Assembly (NCBI GenBank): GCA_030612025.1
Contig: JAUWOR010000006.1
Location: forward strand, 1-64,000
DNA length: 64,000 bases
DNA from: Dehalococcoidia bacterium
GTDB lineage: Bacteria > Chloroflexota > Dehalococcoidia > GIF9 > AB-539-J10
Reading direction: 5' to 3'
Position numbers and translations under genes: made by a program
Notes under the pieces: model-generated
Databases searched by the model: none
The model's input: the letters and a program-made list of their open reading frames with translations, nothing else
Told to the model about the DNA's origin: nothing
Shown: positions 19,893-30,123 of the stretch, in pieces
Layout of the letters: every line of letters starts with the position of its first letter
Numbering within the stretch: the stretch's first letter is position 1

Positions 19893-20177
19893 AAATAAAT
19901 CCCCCCTCTTAATATCTATTCTCGTCTACCCATCAAATATCTTAACACAAACAACTCTTATTTTTAAGCTTTTCCTTGAGTTAATTCCAATCCTAAGATA
20001 TGATGCTATAGGCAAATCCGCTGAGGAGCATAGTTTAAGTTGTCCCAGATTTCCCTTACCACTATGTGGGCTAAAGGTAGATTTGACAATATGGTAGAAT
20101 TTGTCACTAAAGCCACGGAATTGGGCTTTACCCGCAACTTCCTGCGAGAGAAGGGGATAGCAGGTTAACCGAGACAG

Positions 20178-20768
20178 GTGGAGATGCCAAGTTTAGCAGA
20201 ACTACGAGGAAATTTAGCTTCCCGCATTACTAATCCCTTAGTTGGCATTTTGAGCAAAAGCAGGCTAAAACCCAATACTCTCACCTTTATTGAGTTGGCC
20301 ATAAGCATCGGTGCCGCTTACGCCATTGTCACCGGCTACTTCCTTCTTGGTGGAATTTTGGTTTTGGTCTCCGGGCTATTTGACCTCCTCGATGGGGCCC
20401 TAGCTCGCTTTACCAAGCAAAGTACAAAGTTTGGCGCTATTCTAGATTCAACGATTGACCGCCTTTCTGAAGCAGCAATATTTTGCGGTCTTTTAGTTTG
20501 GTATATGCCAAAAGTAGCCACTCTAGAAATTGTGCTCATCTTTGCCGCGCTAATTGGCTCTTTCCTTGTTAGCTATATAAGAGCCAGAGCAGAAGGACTA
20601 GGTTTGAAATGTCGAGTTGGTTTGTTTACCAGAGCTGAAAGGGTTATAGTATTAGCAGTAGGTTTGCTGGTAAACCAAGTTTTTATTGCTTTATGGGTTT
20701 TGGTAGTCTTTGTTTATATCACTGTAGCTCAAAGGCTGCTTTATCTGCATGAAGCAAGCAAAAGTTAA
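20178..20768 (+). CDS. CDP-alcohol phosphatidyltransferase (likely phosphatidylinositol phosphate synthase)
   Basis: DLLDGALAR...GAILDSTIDR motif, SYIRARAE, RAER; near ino1. Confidence 0.88.
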   Translation: MEMPSLAELRGNLASRITNPLVGILSKSRLKPNTLTFIELAISIGAAYAIVTGYFLLGGILVLVSGLFDLLDGALARFTKQSTKFGAILDSTIDRLSEAAIFCGLLVWYMPKVATLEIVLIFAALIGSFLVSYIRARAEGLGLKCRVGLFTRAERVIVLAVGLLVNQVFIALWVLVVFVYITVAQRLLYLHEASKS

Positions 20769-20778
20769 GGGGGACTAA

Positions 20779-22068
20779 ATGCCTGTTATAGCTGTTGTAG
20801 GAGGTCAGTGGGGTGACGAGGGGAAAGGAAAGGTAATTGATTCCCTAGCTGAGAAAGCTAAGGTAGTGGCTCGTTTCTCAGGGGGTGACAATGCCGGCCA
20901 CACAGTTATTAACCCCTATGGCGAGTTCAGGATGCATCTTGTACCCTCTGGCATTTTTTACCCCGGGGTAACTTGTATTATCGGCAATGGCGTGGTTATT
21001 AACCCGGCAGTTCTCCTTGATGAAATAGCCAACCTTAAGAAGCACGGTGTAGATATAAGTCATCTCATCATCAGTGACCGTGCCCATCTCATCATGCCTT
21101 ATCACACCCTTCTCGATGGACTGGAAGAGGAAAGGCGTGGTAAAGGGGCTTTAGGAACTACCCGTAGAGGAAATGGCCCTGCCTTTACTGATAAAGTTGC
21201 TCGTATGGGAATCCGCACCGGGGACTTATCAAACAAGGATTTATTTCACAGCAAGCTAAGCTCAATCCTCGAATTTAAGAATGCCATTCTTACAAAGGTA
21301 TACGGGCATTCGCCTCTGTTACTAGAAGAAATCTTTGAGCAATATTGCCGTTATGGGGAGCAACTGGCTCCACTTATTCAGGAAACTAACTCCGTAATTC
21401 GCCAATCTTTAGCCAGAGGAGAGCTAGTTTTTTTAGAGAGTGCCCAAGGGACTTTGCTTGACCCCGACTTTGGCACTTACCCTTATGTAACTTCTTCTTC
21501 GCCATTAGCCGGCGGAGGCTCTATTGGGGCCGGCATAAGCCCAATGGCATTTGATCGCATTATCGGTGTATTTAAAGCTTACATCACTAGAGTTGGCAGT
21601 GGACCCATGCCCACTGAGCTAAAGGATGAGGTTGGCAAGCTCATACGTGAGAAAGGTCATGAATATGGTGCTACGACAGGGAGGCCGCGGAGGTGCGGTT
21701 GGTTTGATGCCGTGGCTGGCCGCTTCGCTACTCAGGTAAATGGTTTTAGTGACATAGCTTTAACCCACCTTGATATTTTTGATGGTTTTTCTTCCATCAA
21801 AATATGCACGGCCTATAAATTTGATAACAAGATTCTAGACTCTTTCCCGAGCGATATAGCTATACTAGAGAAATGCCAACCTGTATATGAAGAACTCTCT
21901 GGTTGGCAAGAGTCAATAAGGGAAATCCGTAATTTTGACCAGCTACCATTGGAGGCCCGCCGCTACATCAACCGGCTTGAGGAGCTCCTCTCCTGCCCTA
22001 TTAGCTTTGTCGCCGTGGGATCAGGGAGAGAGCAAACGATAAAGGTGAGACCTATTCTCCCTGGGTAG
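20779..22068 (+). CDS. purA: adenylosuccinate synthetase
   Basis: QWGDEGKGK, NAGHT, GATTGRPRRCGW. Confidence 0.97.
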   Translation: MPVIAVVGGQWGDEGKGKVIDSLAEKAKVVARFSGGDNAGHTVINPYGEFRMHLVPSGIFYPGVTCIIGNGVVINPAVLLDEIANLKKHGVDISHLIISDRAHLIMPYHTLLDGLEEERRGKGALGTTRRGNGPAFTDKVARMGIRTGDLSNKDLFHSKLSSILEFKNAILTKVYGHSPLLLEEIFEQYCRYGEQLAPLIQETNSVIRQSLARGELVFLESAQGTLLDPDFGTYPYVTSSSPLAGGGSIGAGISPMAFDRIIGVFKAYITRVGSGPMPTELKDEVGKLIREKGHEYGATTGRPRRCGWFDAVAGRFATQVNGFSDIALTHLDIFDGFSSIKICTAYKFDNKILDSFPSDIAILEKCQPVYEELSGWQESIREIRNFDQLPLEARRYINRLEELLSCPISFVAVGSGREQTIKVRPILPG

Positions 22069-22966
22069 CCCTGGTAGGTAAAGGCAAGTCAATTTTATAG
22101 TTTTTTAATGCTGCTTTAATAATCTCGGCCGATTTTTCGTCAGGTTCAATCAAAGGCAAGCGCGGTTTGCCCACTGGAAAACCCAAGTAATTCAGAGCAT
22201 ATTTAACGGGCATAGGATTGGTAACAACAAATAGGGCATTTATCAGAGGCAATAAATAGCGGTGAATGCTAGCTGCCTCCTGAGTTTCACCGTTAAGAAA
22301 TTTCTCCATCATGTCTTTTATTTGGATTCCTACTAAATGTGAAGCGACACTGACCACACCATAACCACCCAAAGTAAGAATAGGCAAGGTATCACTATCA
22401 TTGCCGCTGTAAACTAAAAAGTCGTCCTTGGCTCCCTGTATAATCTCAGCTATTTGGCGAAGGTTACCACTAGCTTCCTTCACACCAATGATATTGTCTA
22501 TTTGGCTTAGCTTGATTACCGTATCAGCAGCAAGATTAGTGCCTGAGCGTGATGGTACGTTGTAGAGAATACAAGGCAAGGTTGTGGCTCGGGCAATGGC
22601 ATTAAAATGCTCAAATAAGCCTTGTTGGGGGGGCCGATTATAATAAGGCACTACTAATACGCAAGCATCAACTCCAACCTTCTCTGCTTCTTTAGTCAGC
22701 TCCTGGCTCTCTCTAGTGTTGTAAGTGCCAGTCCCAGCCACTATTGTTCCACGCTTAGCTATCGCTGACTTGACTTCAGTAAAAAGACGGAGCTTCTCTT
22801 CGAAGTTAAGAGTAGGGGATTCCCCCGTAGTGCCAGAGAGCACCAAACCATCACTACCAGAATTAAGCAAAGCTTGAGCTAGATTCCTGGCCTGCTGATA
22901 ATCAACTTTGCCCTGACTATCAAAGGGGGTAACCATAGCTGTTAATAAGCGACCTAGCTTGTCCAT
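22052..22966 (-). CDS. dapA: 4-hydroxy-tetrahydrodipicolinate synthase
   Basis: TAMVTPF, GTTGES, LYNVPSR, GVKEASG; start placed at ATG 22966. Confidence 0.95.
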   Translation of the reverse strand: MDKLGRLLTAMVTPFDSQGKVDYQQARNLAQALLNSGSDGLVLSGTTGESPTLNFEEKLRLFTEVKSAIAKRGTIVAGTGTYNTRESQELTKEAEKVGVDACVLVVPYYNRPPQQGLFEHFNAIARATTLPCILYNVPSRSGTNLAADTVIKLSQIDNIIGVKEASGNLRQIAEIIQGAKDDFLVYSGNDSDTLPILTLGGYGVVSVASHLVGIQIKDMMEKFLNGETQEAASIHRYLLPLINALFVVTNPMPVKYALNYLGFPVGKPRLPLIEPDEKSAEIIKAALKNYKIDLPLPTRATQGE

Positions 22967-22968
22967 TT

Positions 22969-24048
22969 TTACCCGCCCGATCCCTCGCCAGATAAAGAGT
23001 GAGGAAGAGAGAGCCTCCGCTTCTTCTTGTATCCTATCCACCCCCTTCTTATCCCTTCCTCGGCAATCTGTATAGCATTCAACGCTGCCCCTTTACGTAA
23101 ATTATCAGCTACTACCCACATAACTAATCCATTGGGGTGAGAAATATCCTTTCTGATTCTACCCACAAATACGTGATTTGAACCACTAGCTGCCCAAGGT
23201 AGGGGGTAGAAGCTAACGCTAGGATCATCAAGAACCCTGACTCCAGGTGCTTGAGCCAAAATTTTCCTTGCCTCTTCCGGAGTGATAGGTGAAGTAAATT
23301 CCACATTCACCGCTTCACTATGCCCGAAGTAAACAGGGACTCGGACGCAAGTTGCCGAGATAGCCATATCCTCAGCATGCATTATCTTCCGCGTCTCTTC
23401 CACCATTTTCTGTTCTTCTTTAGTATAGCCATTATCCAAAAAGACATCGGTTTCTGGTAACAGATTAAAGGCTATTTGATGGGAATAGACATGAGGACAA
23501 ACACGACGCCCCTCTAAAACCAGCTTTATTTGGCTTGTTAGTTCCTTTAAAGCATCAGCACCGCTGTCTGATACCGATTGATAAGTGCTTACGATGATTC
23601 GTTTTATAGGATTAACCTTGTGTAAGGGATAAAGAGCTACTACCATTTGGATTGTAGAACAATTTGGGTTGGCGATTATCCCCTTGTGCCATTCGATATC
23701 CTCAGGATTTACTTCAGGAACCACCAAAGGAACCAAGGGGGCCATTCTAAAAGCAGCGCTATTATCAATAACCACCGCTCCAGCCTCAGCAGCCAGAGGT
23801 GACAGGCGGCGGCTAACATCAGCGTTAGCGGAAAAAAGAGCGATATCAACATTACGAAATATCTCCGGTGTCGCTTCCTCAACCTCGATTTTGTGGCGAT
23901 TAGAAAAAAAGAATTTTATGTCTGAAGAGCGTTCGGGAGCAAGTAGTCGGATCGAAGCTGCAGGGAAATTCCGCTGCTCAAGCACCTTGATAAATTCTCG
24001 CTCAACAAGCCCAGTGTCACCAACAATAGCTACGTTGAAACCTTCCAT
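22969..24048 (-). CDS. asd: aspartate-semialdehyde dehydrogenase
   Basis: DNSAAFRM, ANPNCST, CVRVPV..GHS, DNLRKGAALN; start at ATG 24048 (the longer ORF runs into a repeat). Confidence 0.92.
   Translation of the reverse strand: MEGFNVAIVGDTGLVEREFIKVLEQRNFPAASIRLLAPERSSDIKFFFSNRHKIEVEEATPEIFRNVDIALFSANADVSRRLSPLAAEAGAVVIDNSAAFRMAPLVPLVVPEVNPEDIEWHKGIIANPNCSTIQMVVALYPLHKVNPIKRIIVSTYQSVSDSGADALKELTSQIKLVLEGRRVCPHVYSHQIAFNLLPETDVFLDNGYTKEEQKMVEETRKIMHAEDMAISATCVRVPVYFGHSEAVNVEFTSPITPEEARKILAQAPGVRVLDDPSVSFYPLPWAASGSNHVFVGRIRKDISHPNGLVMWVVADNLRKGAALNAIQIAEEGIRRGWIGYKKKRRLSLPHSLSGEGSGG
22981..22997 (-). repeat. CTTTATCTGGCGAGGG motif copy
   Basis: tccctcgccagataaag; also at 55176, 55304 and 59205. 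Confidence 0.65.
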
Positions 24049-24084
24049 GCTCTTTCCTCGCAACAGTTCGCCCCCCTCAAAAAT

Positions 24085-24204
24085 ATCATTCTGAGCGCAA
24101 GCGAAGAATCTCAAGACCCTTCGCGGAGTTTACCCTGAGCGAGATTCTTCGGTCGCTTCGCTCCCTCAGAATGACAAACAAGGAGCGAAGGGCTCAGGGT
24201 GACA
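24085..24204. repeat. composite nested GTCA-type palindromic element; provides the dapB stop codon
   Basis: Reverse complement is nearly identical to the purH insert at 31178-31265. Confidence 0.85.
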
Positions 24205-25012
24205 ATAAAGAACCCTCCAACTTCAGTAAGGCCTCCAATCCATAAATTAACCCTTTGTGCTTTGCAACTTCTCTGATTGCCAAAATAACGCCGGGCATAT
24301 AAGCTTCTCGACTTATAGCCTCATGGCGTAAGCTCAAGGTCTGGCCTATCCCGCTAAAGATAACTTCTTGTCCCGCCATAAATCCTGGCAACCTCAGGCT
24401 ATGGATAGCTACACCCTCTATTTGCCCCCCTCTGACGCTGCTAACTACTTCTCTCTCGGTTTTAGGGCAGATGAAAGGTTTGCCACGGGCTTGTAGCATA
24501 GCTTTTGCTGTAGCCATAGCAGTTCCCGAAGGGGCATCAATTTTCTTATCATGGTGCATTTCTACAATCTCAGCATAATCGAAAAATTTGGCAGCAACCT
24601 TTGCCAAATGCATCAAGAGCACTGCTCCTAAGGAAAAATTAGGTGCCACCACAGCACCAACGTTATTGGCTCGACATAGCTGCTCAATCTCCTTCAGATT
24701 TTCCCCAGAAAGGCCTGTGGTACCTATAACCATGTTAACTCCTTGCTTAACAGCGATGCGAGCGGCTGCTATGGAAGCTGCAGCATTGGTAAAATCTACT
24801 AATACGGCAGGATTGCAACTCTTCAAAAGAGAGTCTAAATCAGAGGAAAATGGTATCAGCTCTGAAGTCTCCGGTAAAGGAAGATACTGCTGAGTTACTT
24901 TCTCCTCCACAGCGCCAACTATCTCTAACCCGGGCTCATTGAGCACAGCTTCAGTCACCTCCCGCCCCATCTTGCCTAAAGCTCCATTGATAACTATCCT
25001 TATGGCTTCCAT
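24194..25012 (-). CDS. dapB: 4-hydroxy-tetrahydrodipicolinate reductase
   Basis: GALGKMG, VIGTTG, EMHHDKKIDAPSGTA. Confidence 0.96.
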   Translation of the reverse strand: MEAIRIVINGALGKMGREVTEAVLNEPGLEIVGAVEEKVTQQYLPLPETSELIPFSSDLDSLLKSCNPAVLVDFTNAAASIAAARIAVKQGVNMVIGTTGLSGENLKEIEQLCRANNVGAVVAPNFSLGAVLLMHLAKVAAKFFDYAEIVEMHHDKKIDAPSGTAMATAKAMLQARGKPFICPKTEREVVSSVRGGQIEGVAIHSLRLPGFMAGQEVIFSGIGQTLSLRHEAISREAYMPGVILAIREVAKHKGLIYGLEALLKLEGSLLSP

Positions 25013-25040
25013 GTGTCACTCCTTAACATGCCGATATAGG

Positions 25041-27242
25041 TTATTTATTATAATCGGAATAGCGACCGCCTTTATTAGGCGAATGAGTATGATGATAGTT
25101 TGGCTGCCTCTGCCAACGATGTTCAGAGGCTAAGGAATCCTTCACTTTAGCCCCGGGTATGCGAGAAAATCCTTCAACCACTGCTTTACGTGATAAGTTT
25201 ATCCTGCCTAACTCGTCAATCCCAATGACTTTGACCATTATCTCATCACCAACTCTAACCACGTCTTCAACTTTAGCTACATGATAATCAGCAAGCTCAC
25301 TGATATGGACTAGGCCTTCCTTGCCCGGGAAGATTTCTACCATGACCCCAAAGTTCAGCAGCCTCGTTACTCTTCCAGTATAAATATCCCCTGGTTTCGC
25401 TTCCTGGGTTAAATCTTCTATCATTTTGATCGCCTTTTGGACTGCCTCCTCACTGGGGGAGCCAACAATAACCGTACCATCACTCCTTACGTCTATAGTT
25501 GTTTTGGTCTCCTCCGTAATGGATCTTATGGTTCTACCTCCAGGGCCAATAACATTGCCAATCTTGCTTGCAGCAATGGTTATCTCATGTATCCTGGGAG
25601 CGTAGGGGCTAATTCCGGGGCGGCTAGTACTGATAGTTTGTGCCATCTTGTCCAATATCTCCAAGCGAGCCTGGCGAGCTTGGCTTAGGGATTCAGCTAG
25701 AATTTTGGAGTCCACACCAGCAACTTTAATATCAAGCTGCAAGGCCGTAATTCCCCTAGATGTGCCAGCAACTTTAAAATCCATGTCACCACAGGCATCT
25801 TCTATCCCCTCAATATCAGTTAGGATAATATGCTCCCCATTCTCCCCGGTGACCAGTCCCATAGCTATTCCAGCTACTGGTGCCTTGATAGGTACGCCAG
25901 CATCCATTAATGAAAGGGTTGAACCGCAGGTACTGGCCATAGATGTGCTCCCATTAGAGCTAAGCACTTCGGAAACCAAACGAACAGTGTAAGGGAAATC
26001 CTCTTCCGAAGGTAGTATTGGCCTAATAGCCCGCTCCCCTAGAGCGCCATGACCAATTTCGCGCCTCCCTGGCGACCCTACTCGTTTTACCTCGCCCGAG
26101 GAGAACGGAGGAAAATTATAATGGTGCATGAAGCGCTTGGTTTCTGCCAAGCCTAAACCATCCAATAACTGCTCCTGTCTTGCCGACCCCAGGGTGGTGA
26201 TAGTCAAAGTTTGTGTTCCTCCCCGGGCGAATAGACCCGAGCCGTGAGCACGAGGTAGAAGGCCAACTTCACAGTGGATAGGGCGAATTTCATCAGCCTG
26301 GCGGCCATCCACGTGCCGTTTTCCCTGCAAAATCCTCTTCCTTATCTCTGCTTTAAGCCGGGCTTCAAAGGCAAAATCCACCTCTTCCTCGGAGAAAGAG
26401 TCAACTAACTTCTGTTTCGCTTCATCCCTAAGCGATGCTAAAACTTGCTCTCGCTCTAATTTCCCTGGTTGCTCTAGAGCTTCGTTCAGCTTGTCACCAA
26501 GCAAAGTAGAGATATGAGCTGAGAGTTCAGGAGCAACCTCTCTAGCTTTGACTTCCACTTTGGGTTTGCCATAAGCTTGCTGCAGCTCCTCCTGGAGTTT
26601 AATAATCTCTTGGTTAGCTTCATGCCCAAATTCGATTGCTTCAAGCGCTAAGCTCTCAGAGGCCTCTTTGGCGCCTGCCTCCACCATCACTATATCTTGC
26701 CTAGTGCTAGCGACAGCTACATCGAGCAAACAGTTTTCAATTTGGGGCAAAGTGGGATTTAGAACCAAATTATCATCTATGTAGCCAATATGCACTGCTG
26801 CTACCGGACCTGAAAATGGAATATCAGATATAGTTAAGGCTGCTGAGGCACCGATGAGGGCGCAAATATCAGGGTCATTTTCCTTGTCGACGGAGAGCAC
26901 CGTAGCTATAATTTGTAGCTCGTGGTTAAACTCCTTGAGAAGAAGTGGTCTTAAGCATCGATCGATAAACCGGCAGGTTATAATTGCTCCCTCAGTGGGG
27001 CGTCCTTCTCGCCTGAAGAAACTACCTGGTATTTTACCAGCTGCGTACAGTTTTTCTTCATAGTCCACTGTTAGGGGCACGAAGCCCCTCCTCTCTGTAG
27101 GCTCATTGGCAGCACAGGCAGTGACCAACACCACTGTATCCCCATAACGGACAACGACAGCACCATTCGCCTGCTGTGCAAGTTTCCCTATTTCAATGGT
27201 AAGTATTCGACCGGCTATTGTGCGCTCAAAAATTTGAGACAT
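25041..27242 (-). CDS. pnp: polyribonucleotide nucleotidyltransferase
   Basis: AAGKIPG..RREG, RREIGHG, SNGSTSMAS, GDMDFKVAG, KH and S1 domains. Confidence 0.97.
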   Translation of the reverse strand: MSQIFERTIAGRILTIEIGKLAQQANGAVVVRYGDTVVLVTACAANEPTERRGFVPLTVDYEEKLYAAGKIPGSFFRREGRPTEGAIITCRFIDRCLRPLLLKEFNHELQIIATVLSVDKENDPDICALIGASAALTISDIPFSGPVAAVHIGYIDDNLVLNPTLPQIENCLLDVAVASTRQDIVMVEAGAKEASESLALEAIEFGHEANQEIIKLQEELQQAYGKPKVEVKAREVAPELSAHISTLLGDKLNEALEQPGKLEREQVLASLRDEAKQKLVDSFSEEEVDFAFEARLKAEIRKRILQGKRHVDGRQADEIRPIHCEVGLLPRAHGSGLFARGGTQTLTITTLGSARQEQLLDGLGLAETKRFMHHYNFPPFSSGEVKRVGSPGRREIGHGALGERAIRPILPSEEDFPYTVRLVSEVLSSNGSTSMASTCGSTLSLMDAGVPIKAPVAGIAMGLVTGENGEHIILTDIEGIEDACGDMDFKVAGTSRGITALQLDIKVAGVDSKILAESLSQARQARLEILDKMAQTISTSRPGISPYAPRIHEITIAASKIGNVIGPGGRTIRSITEETKTTIDVRSDGTVIVGSPSEEAVQKAIKMIEDLTQEAKPGDIYTGRVTRLLNFGVMVEIFPGKEGLVHISELADYHVAKVEDVVRVGDEIMVKVIGIDELGRINLSRKAVVEGFSRIPGAKVKDSLASEHRWQRQPNYHHTHSPNKGGRYSDYNK

Positions 27243-27243
27243 A

Positions 27244-27510
27244 TTATTTCCTCAAACCTAATCTGGCAGTAAGTGAGTCATATCGTTCCGGGTCTGCCCT
27301 ATTAAGGTACTTCAGTAGTCGTCTGCGCTGCCCTAGCAGTTTAAGAAGAGCATGGCGCGAGTGATGGTCGTGGGAATGCGCCTTGAGGTGTTCCATTAAT
27401 TGCTTTACCCTTTCAGTAAGCAACGCCACCTGAACTTCAACCGACCCAGTATCATCCTCACTAAGCCTAAATTGTGTAAAAATATCGCCTTTCTTTTCTT
27501 TTTCTAGCAT
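27244..27510 (-). CDS. rpsO: 30S ribosomal protein S15
   Basis: DTGSVEVQVALLT, HDHHSR, RRRLLKYL; upstream of pnp. Confidence 0.96.
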   Translation of the reverse strand: MLEKEKKGDIFTQFRLSEDDTGSVEVQVALLTERVKQLMEHLKAHSHDHHSRHALLKLLGQRRRLLKYLNRADPERYDSLTARLGLRK

Positions 27511-27646
27511 ATAACCCCTCAATCTAATATAATATGGCACATTATATCACAGCAGGAAAATCCCTGTATAGGATGAGGTAAGATAGTAGTATCCTCCTCA
27601 GCTGCCCTTTTTTTAAGAAGTAAAGACTATCAAGTATACCAATAAA

Positions 27647-27675
27647 TTGACCAAAAATTTATAACAGTCTATAAT
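27647..27675 (+). promoter_or_regulatory. sigma70 promoter of purF-purM-purH
   Basis: TTGACC-N17-TATAAT. Confidence 0.7.
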
Positions 27676-27695
27676 TTGCCACGAAGGCACCCTCA

Positions 27696-29108
27696 ATGCA
27701 TGAGAGTTGCGGCATCTTTGGAGTTTATGCTCACAGAATAGACATAGCTCGTCTCATCTTCTTCGGACTTTTTGCTCTCCAGCACCGCGGTCAAGAAAGC
27801 GCTGGCATCGCTGTCAGCAATGGTAGTGAAATAAAAATACACACTAAAATGGGGTTGGTTTCCCAGGCGTTCACAGAAAGTGACCTTGCTCAACTCAAAG
27901 GATATATTGGCATCGGGCATAACCGCTACTCTACTGCAGGCTCAAGCAAACCAGCCAATGCCCAACCTATTATAGCGAAATCAGAAGAGTTGACCCTTGC
28001 TTTAGCGCATAATGGTAATATTCTCAATGCCAAGTTACTCCGTGACGAGCTCCACGTGGATGGCTATAGCTTCCATACCTCCTCTGATTCCGAAGTCATC
28101 GCCAACCTAATTTTGGCCTCTCCTGGCAAAAGCTGGGAGGAAAGAATTAGACACGCTATGTACCGCCTCCAAGGAGCCTATTCGCTGGTAATCATGACCC
28201 AGAATAAGCTCATTGGGGTTCGTGACCCTATGGGTGTTCGCCCACTCTGTTTGGGAACTGTTGATAACGGCTGGGTAATCGCCTCGGAAAGCTGTGCCCT
28301 GGACCACATAGGCGCCCAGTTCACCAGAGAAATCAAACCTGGGGAAATTGTGGTTATCAATGCCGATGGAGTAAAGAGTTTTAAGGGCAAGAATGATAAA
28401 AGGGCTTTATGCATTTTCGAATATATTTATTTCGCCCGCCCTGACAGCATCATCCAAGGTAAACTGCTTTACCCAGCAAGACAAGCCATGGGTGAAATGC
28501 TAGCTCAAGAATACCCTGTTGAAGCTGATCTGGTCATGGGTATTCCCGACTCAGCTACCGCTGCTGGCATTGGTTATTCTCATGTTTCAGGCATCCCCTA
28601 TTGTGAAGGCTTACTTAAGAACCGCTATGTGGGACGCACCTTTATTGAGCCTGATCAAAGGCTGAGAGAGCTTGGCGTTCAGTTAAAATTCAATCCCCTC
28701 TCCCGGATAATCTCTGGAAAACGATTGGTGGTCGTTGATGACAGTATCGTTCGCGGTACCACCACCCCTCGGGTAGTCAATCTACTAAGGAAAGCCGGTG
28801 CTAAAGAGGTGCATCTTCGTATTTGTGCTCCTCCTATTCGCCATCCCTGCTTCTTGGGTGTGGATATGGCCACCGAATGGGAACTCATCGCTGCCAGAAA
28901 GACTACCCTGGAAATCAGGGATTACCTCGGTGCTGACTCACTTGGTTACCTTAGCCTCGACGGCTTGATTCGAGCTGTTGATCTGCCCAGAGAGATTTTT
29001 TGCCTGGCTTGCTTCACTGGAGACTATCCCATTCCAGTGCAGATGGGAATGGATAAGCTAGCCCTGGAAACGATGCCCGAAGAGGAACCTATTGGAAGCC
29101 AGAAGTAA
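27696..29108 (+). CDS. purF: amidophosphoribosyltransferase
   Basis: CGIFG, QHRGQE, GHNRYST, VDDSIVRGTT. Confidence 0.97.
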   Translation: MHESCGIFGVYAHRIDIARLIFFGLFALQHRGQESAGIAVSNGSEIKIHTKMGLVSQAFTESDLAQLKGYIGIGHNRYSTAGSSKPANAQPIIAKSEELTLALAHNGNILNAKLLRDELHVDGYSFHTSSDSEVIANLILASPGKSWEERIRHAMYRLQGAYSLVIMTQNKLIGVRDPMGVRPLCLGTVDNGWVIASESCALDHIGAQFTREIKPGEIVVINADGVKSFKGKNDKRALCIFEYIYFARPDSIIQGKLLYPARQAMGEMLAQEYPVEADLVMGIPDSATAAGIGYSHVSGIPYCEGLLKNRYVGRTFIEPDQRLRELGVQLKFNPLSRIISGKRLVVVDDSIVRGTTTPRVVNLLRKAGAKEVHLRICAPPIRHPCFLGVDMATEWELIAARKTTLEIRDYLGADSLGYLSLDGLIRAVDLPREIFCLACFTGDYPIPVQMGMDKLALETMPEEEPIGSQK

Positions 29109-30114
29109 GCAAACCTATGCTCTCGCTGGCGTCAATATTGAGGCAGCCGATAAGATTAAAAAAATAATCGCCAGGCAAGCTCAATCCACCTTCCGCCCTC
29201 AAGTCCTCAATTTTGGCTCCTTCGGCAGTATGTTTCAAATTAAAGGATATGATGAGCCTGTTTTAGTCTCCAGTGTAGATGGAGTAGGCACTAAGCTCAA
29301 GATCGCTTCGCTCTTAGATAAGAATGATGCTGTGGGCATTGATATCGTTAACCATTGTGTTAACGACATTCTCTGCTGCGGTGCCGAGCCACTTTTCTTC
29401 CTCGACTATATTGCTATGGGTAAACTTGTGCCCCAGCAAATAGAGGCTATTATTACAGGCATAGCTCAAGCTTGTCAGGAAATTGGCTGCTCATTAATCG
29501 GCGGTGAAACTGCTGAGATGCCCGGCATTTACTCCCAAGGGAGCTATGATTTGGTTGGCTTTATTGTTGGAGTGGTAGAAAAGGGAAATATCATTGACGG
29601 CAGTTCCATAAATGCAGGCGATGTAATTCTTGGCTTGCCATCCTCTGGCTTACATACCAACGGCTACTCGTTAGTGCGGCGAGTTTTTAGAATAGAGGAT
29701 AACCCCTCCTGCCTAAATAACTTTTATCCCGAGCTAGGGAAAACTCTGGGCGAGGAACTGCTCCAGGTCCACCTCTGCTATTATCCTGAGCTTAAACCGA
29801 TCTTATCCTTAATTAAAGGTTTAGCTCATATCACTGGCGGCGGGCTTATGGGGAATATACCTCGCATTCTACCTCAAGGTCTTGCTGCCCATCTGCACAA
29901 AGGTTCCTGGGATATTCCACCCATCTTCAAGCTGATACGAGAAAAGGGCAACGTAGAAGAGGCAGAAATGTATCGAGTATTTAATATGGGAATAGGCATG
30001 ACCATTGTGTGTTCACCACAACAAGTAACTAAATTGACTGCTGCTTTACCCCAAGCCAAGGTTATTGGTGAGGTAGTCAAGGCAAAGGGTAAGGAAAGAG
30101 TAATAATGGGTTAA
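29092..30114 (+). CDS. purM: phosphoribosylformylglycinamidine cyclo-ligase
   Basis: DGVGTKL, GGETAEMP, SSGLHTNG, HITGGG. Confidence 0.97.
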   Translation: MEARSKQTYALAGVNIEAADKIKKIIARQAQSTFRPQVLNFGSFGSMFQIKGYDEPVLVSSVDGVGTKLKIASLLDKNDAVGIDIVNHCVNDILCCGAEPLFFLDYIAMGKLVPQQIEAIITGIAQACQEIGCSLIGGETAEMPGIYSQGSYDLVGFIVGVVEKGNIIDGSSINAGDVILGLPSSGLHTNGYSLVRRVFRIEDNPSCLNNFYPELGKTLGEELLQVHLCYYPELKPILSLIKGLAHITGGGLMGNIPRILPQGLAAHLHKGSWDIPPIFKLIREKGNVEEAEMYRVFNMGIGMTIVCSPQQVTKLTAALPQAKVIGEVVKAKGKERVIMG

Positions 30115-30123
30115 GGAAGTATC

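Noticed and set aside
22967-24114. N-terminal extensions of DapA and Asd in the ORF track
   Set aside because: They run through the asd tail or the palindromic repeat. Homology begins at the downstream ATGs (22966 and 24048).
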